A DNA stretch of 64,000 nt. Origin: Thermoanaerobaculia bacterium. GTDB taxonomy: Bacteria; Acidobacteriota; Thermoanaerobaculia; UBA5066. Each line of letters begins with the position of its first letter. Within the stretch, counting starts at the first letter, position 1. A program made the translations under genes and the position numbers. The stretch is from NCBI GenBank assembly GCA_963719225.1, contig CAVRAY010000001.1, forward strand, positions 1,600,001-1,664,000. Reading direction: 5' to 3'. This document shows positions 63,012 through 64,000 of the stretch, in pieces. A model generated the notes under the pieces. That model did no database searches. It was given only the letters and a program-made list of their open reading frames with translations, and was not told the origin of the DNA.

Positions 63012-64000
63012 GTCGCCTGCCGGAAGGAGGCATGGACCCGGCGAAACGCGTCACTGATGTGGGCGATCTCGGGGTCGCCGAGCCCCTCGTGCGTGGGAAG
63101 GGTGACGATCGAAGCCGCGAGCTCCTCCGCGTTGGGGCACCGGTCCGTCCGATACGGCGCCGGGAACCGGGGGCAGGAAAACGGACAGTCGGTGTTCCCA
63201 TATCCGGCCTGCCCCTGGAACAGCGGATACTCGTAGAGCGCCCTGTAGTCGTACTCGAGCGTATCCGACACGATCCCTTCGGCGGCGAGCGCGCGGGCAA
63301 AATCGACGGCGGTCCTGCCGTGCACCGGGTCGATGTGCACGACCAGCGCGTAGTAGTTCGCGCGACTCCCAGCGGCGGGCCTGTACACGCGTGTGCCTGC
63401 CAGGTCGAGCAGCGAGCCCGCGATCCGCTCCGCGTTCCGGGTCCTGCGCCGGATCTTTGCCTCGAGCTTCCCGACCTGACTGATCCCGATCGCGGCTGTG
63501 AAGGCGTTCAGCTTGTAGTTCCAGCCCAGGGAGTGGCCGCCGCCGTCCCTCATGTGATCCAAATCCTTGCCGGAGGCCGCCGTCATCCCGTACCGCTGGA
63601 ATTCGCGCATGCGCCCGGCGAGCGTGGCATCGTCGGTGATCGTGAAGCCGCCTTCGCCGGTGCAGATCAGCTTTCGCTCGTGCGTGCTGGCGCAACCCAC
63701 CGCGCCGAACGTTCCGAGCTTCCTTCCTTCGAAGCAGGCGCCGGTCGCCTGCGCGATGTCCTCGATCAGCGGAACGCCTCGCCGTTCGCAGAGGCGCGCC
63801 AACGCCGCGACGTCCTGCGGATAGCCCCACAGGGGCACGCAGGCAACGGCTTTCGTCCGGGGCCCGATCTTGCGCCCGAGATCGTTCAAGTCCAGGTCGA
63901 AGCAACCCGGCTCGACGTCGCAAAAGACGGGCCTGGCATTCTGAAAGAGGACCGGCAGGCCGGTCATGACGGGCGCCGCCGCGGTCACGATGACCTCGTC
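63008..64000 (-). CDS. DegT/DnrJ family aminotransferase (5' end outside the window)
   Basis: DEVIV, IEDIAQA, STHERK, TGEGG, GWNYK; paralog of 61794..63011. Confidence 0.88.
   Translation of the reverse strand, partial: DEVIVTAAAPVMTGLPVLFQNARPVFCDVEPGCFDLDLNDLGRKIGPRTKAVACVPLWGYPQDVAALARLCERRGVPLIEDIAQATGACFEGRKLGTFGAVGCASTHERKLICTGEGGFTITDDATLAGRMREFQRYGMTAASGKDLDHMRDGGGHSLGWNYKLNAFTAAIGISQVGKLEAKIRRRTRNAERIAGSLLDLAGTRVYRPAAGSRANYYALVVHIDPVHGRTAVDFARALAAEGIVSDTLEYDYRALYEYPLFQGQAGYGNTDCPFSCPRFPAPYRTDRCPNAEELAASIVTLPTHEGLGDPEIAHISDAFRRVHASFRQAT

Overview
High-GC (roughly 65-70% by eye) bacterial chromosome segment. Gene content and protein style suggest Acidobacteriota, possibly Thermoanaerobaculia (inference). 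Most of the window is core genome: gatA 3' end, cell-wall amidase, Gld-like ABC system, lipA/lipB with a branched-chain-type 2-oxoacid dehydrogenase, an asd-lysC-dapB-dapA-dapD-(lysA-like) operon, an isobutyryl-CoA-mutase-type B12 enzyme, TPR-lolB-like-ispE-tRNA-Gln-prs-rplY-pth-rpsF-rpsR-rplI, two Ser/Thr kinases, PBP1A and uvrB. An accessory region runs from about 53 kb to the end. Several single-base frameshifts (Asn-synthetase-like gene, E2, uvrB) look like long-read errors. Best leads: (1) an AT-rich ~20-bp dispersed motif, consensus GATTTC(T/C)TAGAA(G/A)G(T/G)GAAGAG, written into coding and intergenic DNA of the core region only; (2) an unannotated Lys/Thr-rich leader-peptide attenuator in front of the DAP lysine operon; (3) an Asn-synthetase-like + RaSEA-like radical SAM + flavin-dependent halogenase operon; (4) a cytoplasmic gluzincin peptidase + ComEC-like MBL pair; (5) a biosynthetic island with a hidden 59-aa ORF, a PaaK-like ligase, a rSAM/SPASM enzyme and two DegT aminotransferases; (6) a low-complexity protein + Hsp20 module. 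All family calls come from recognising motifs by eye; no database was searched.
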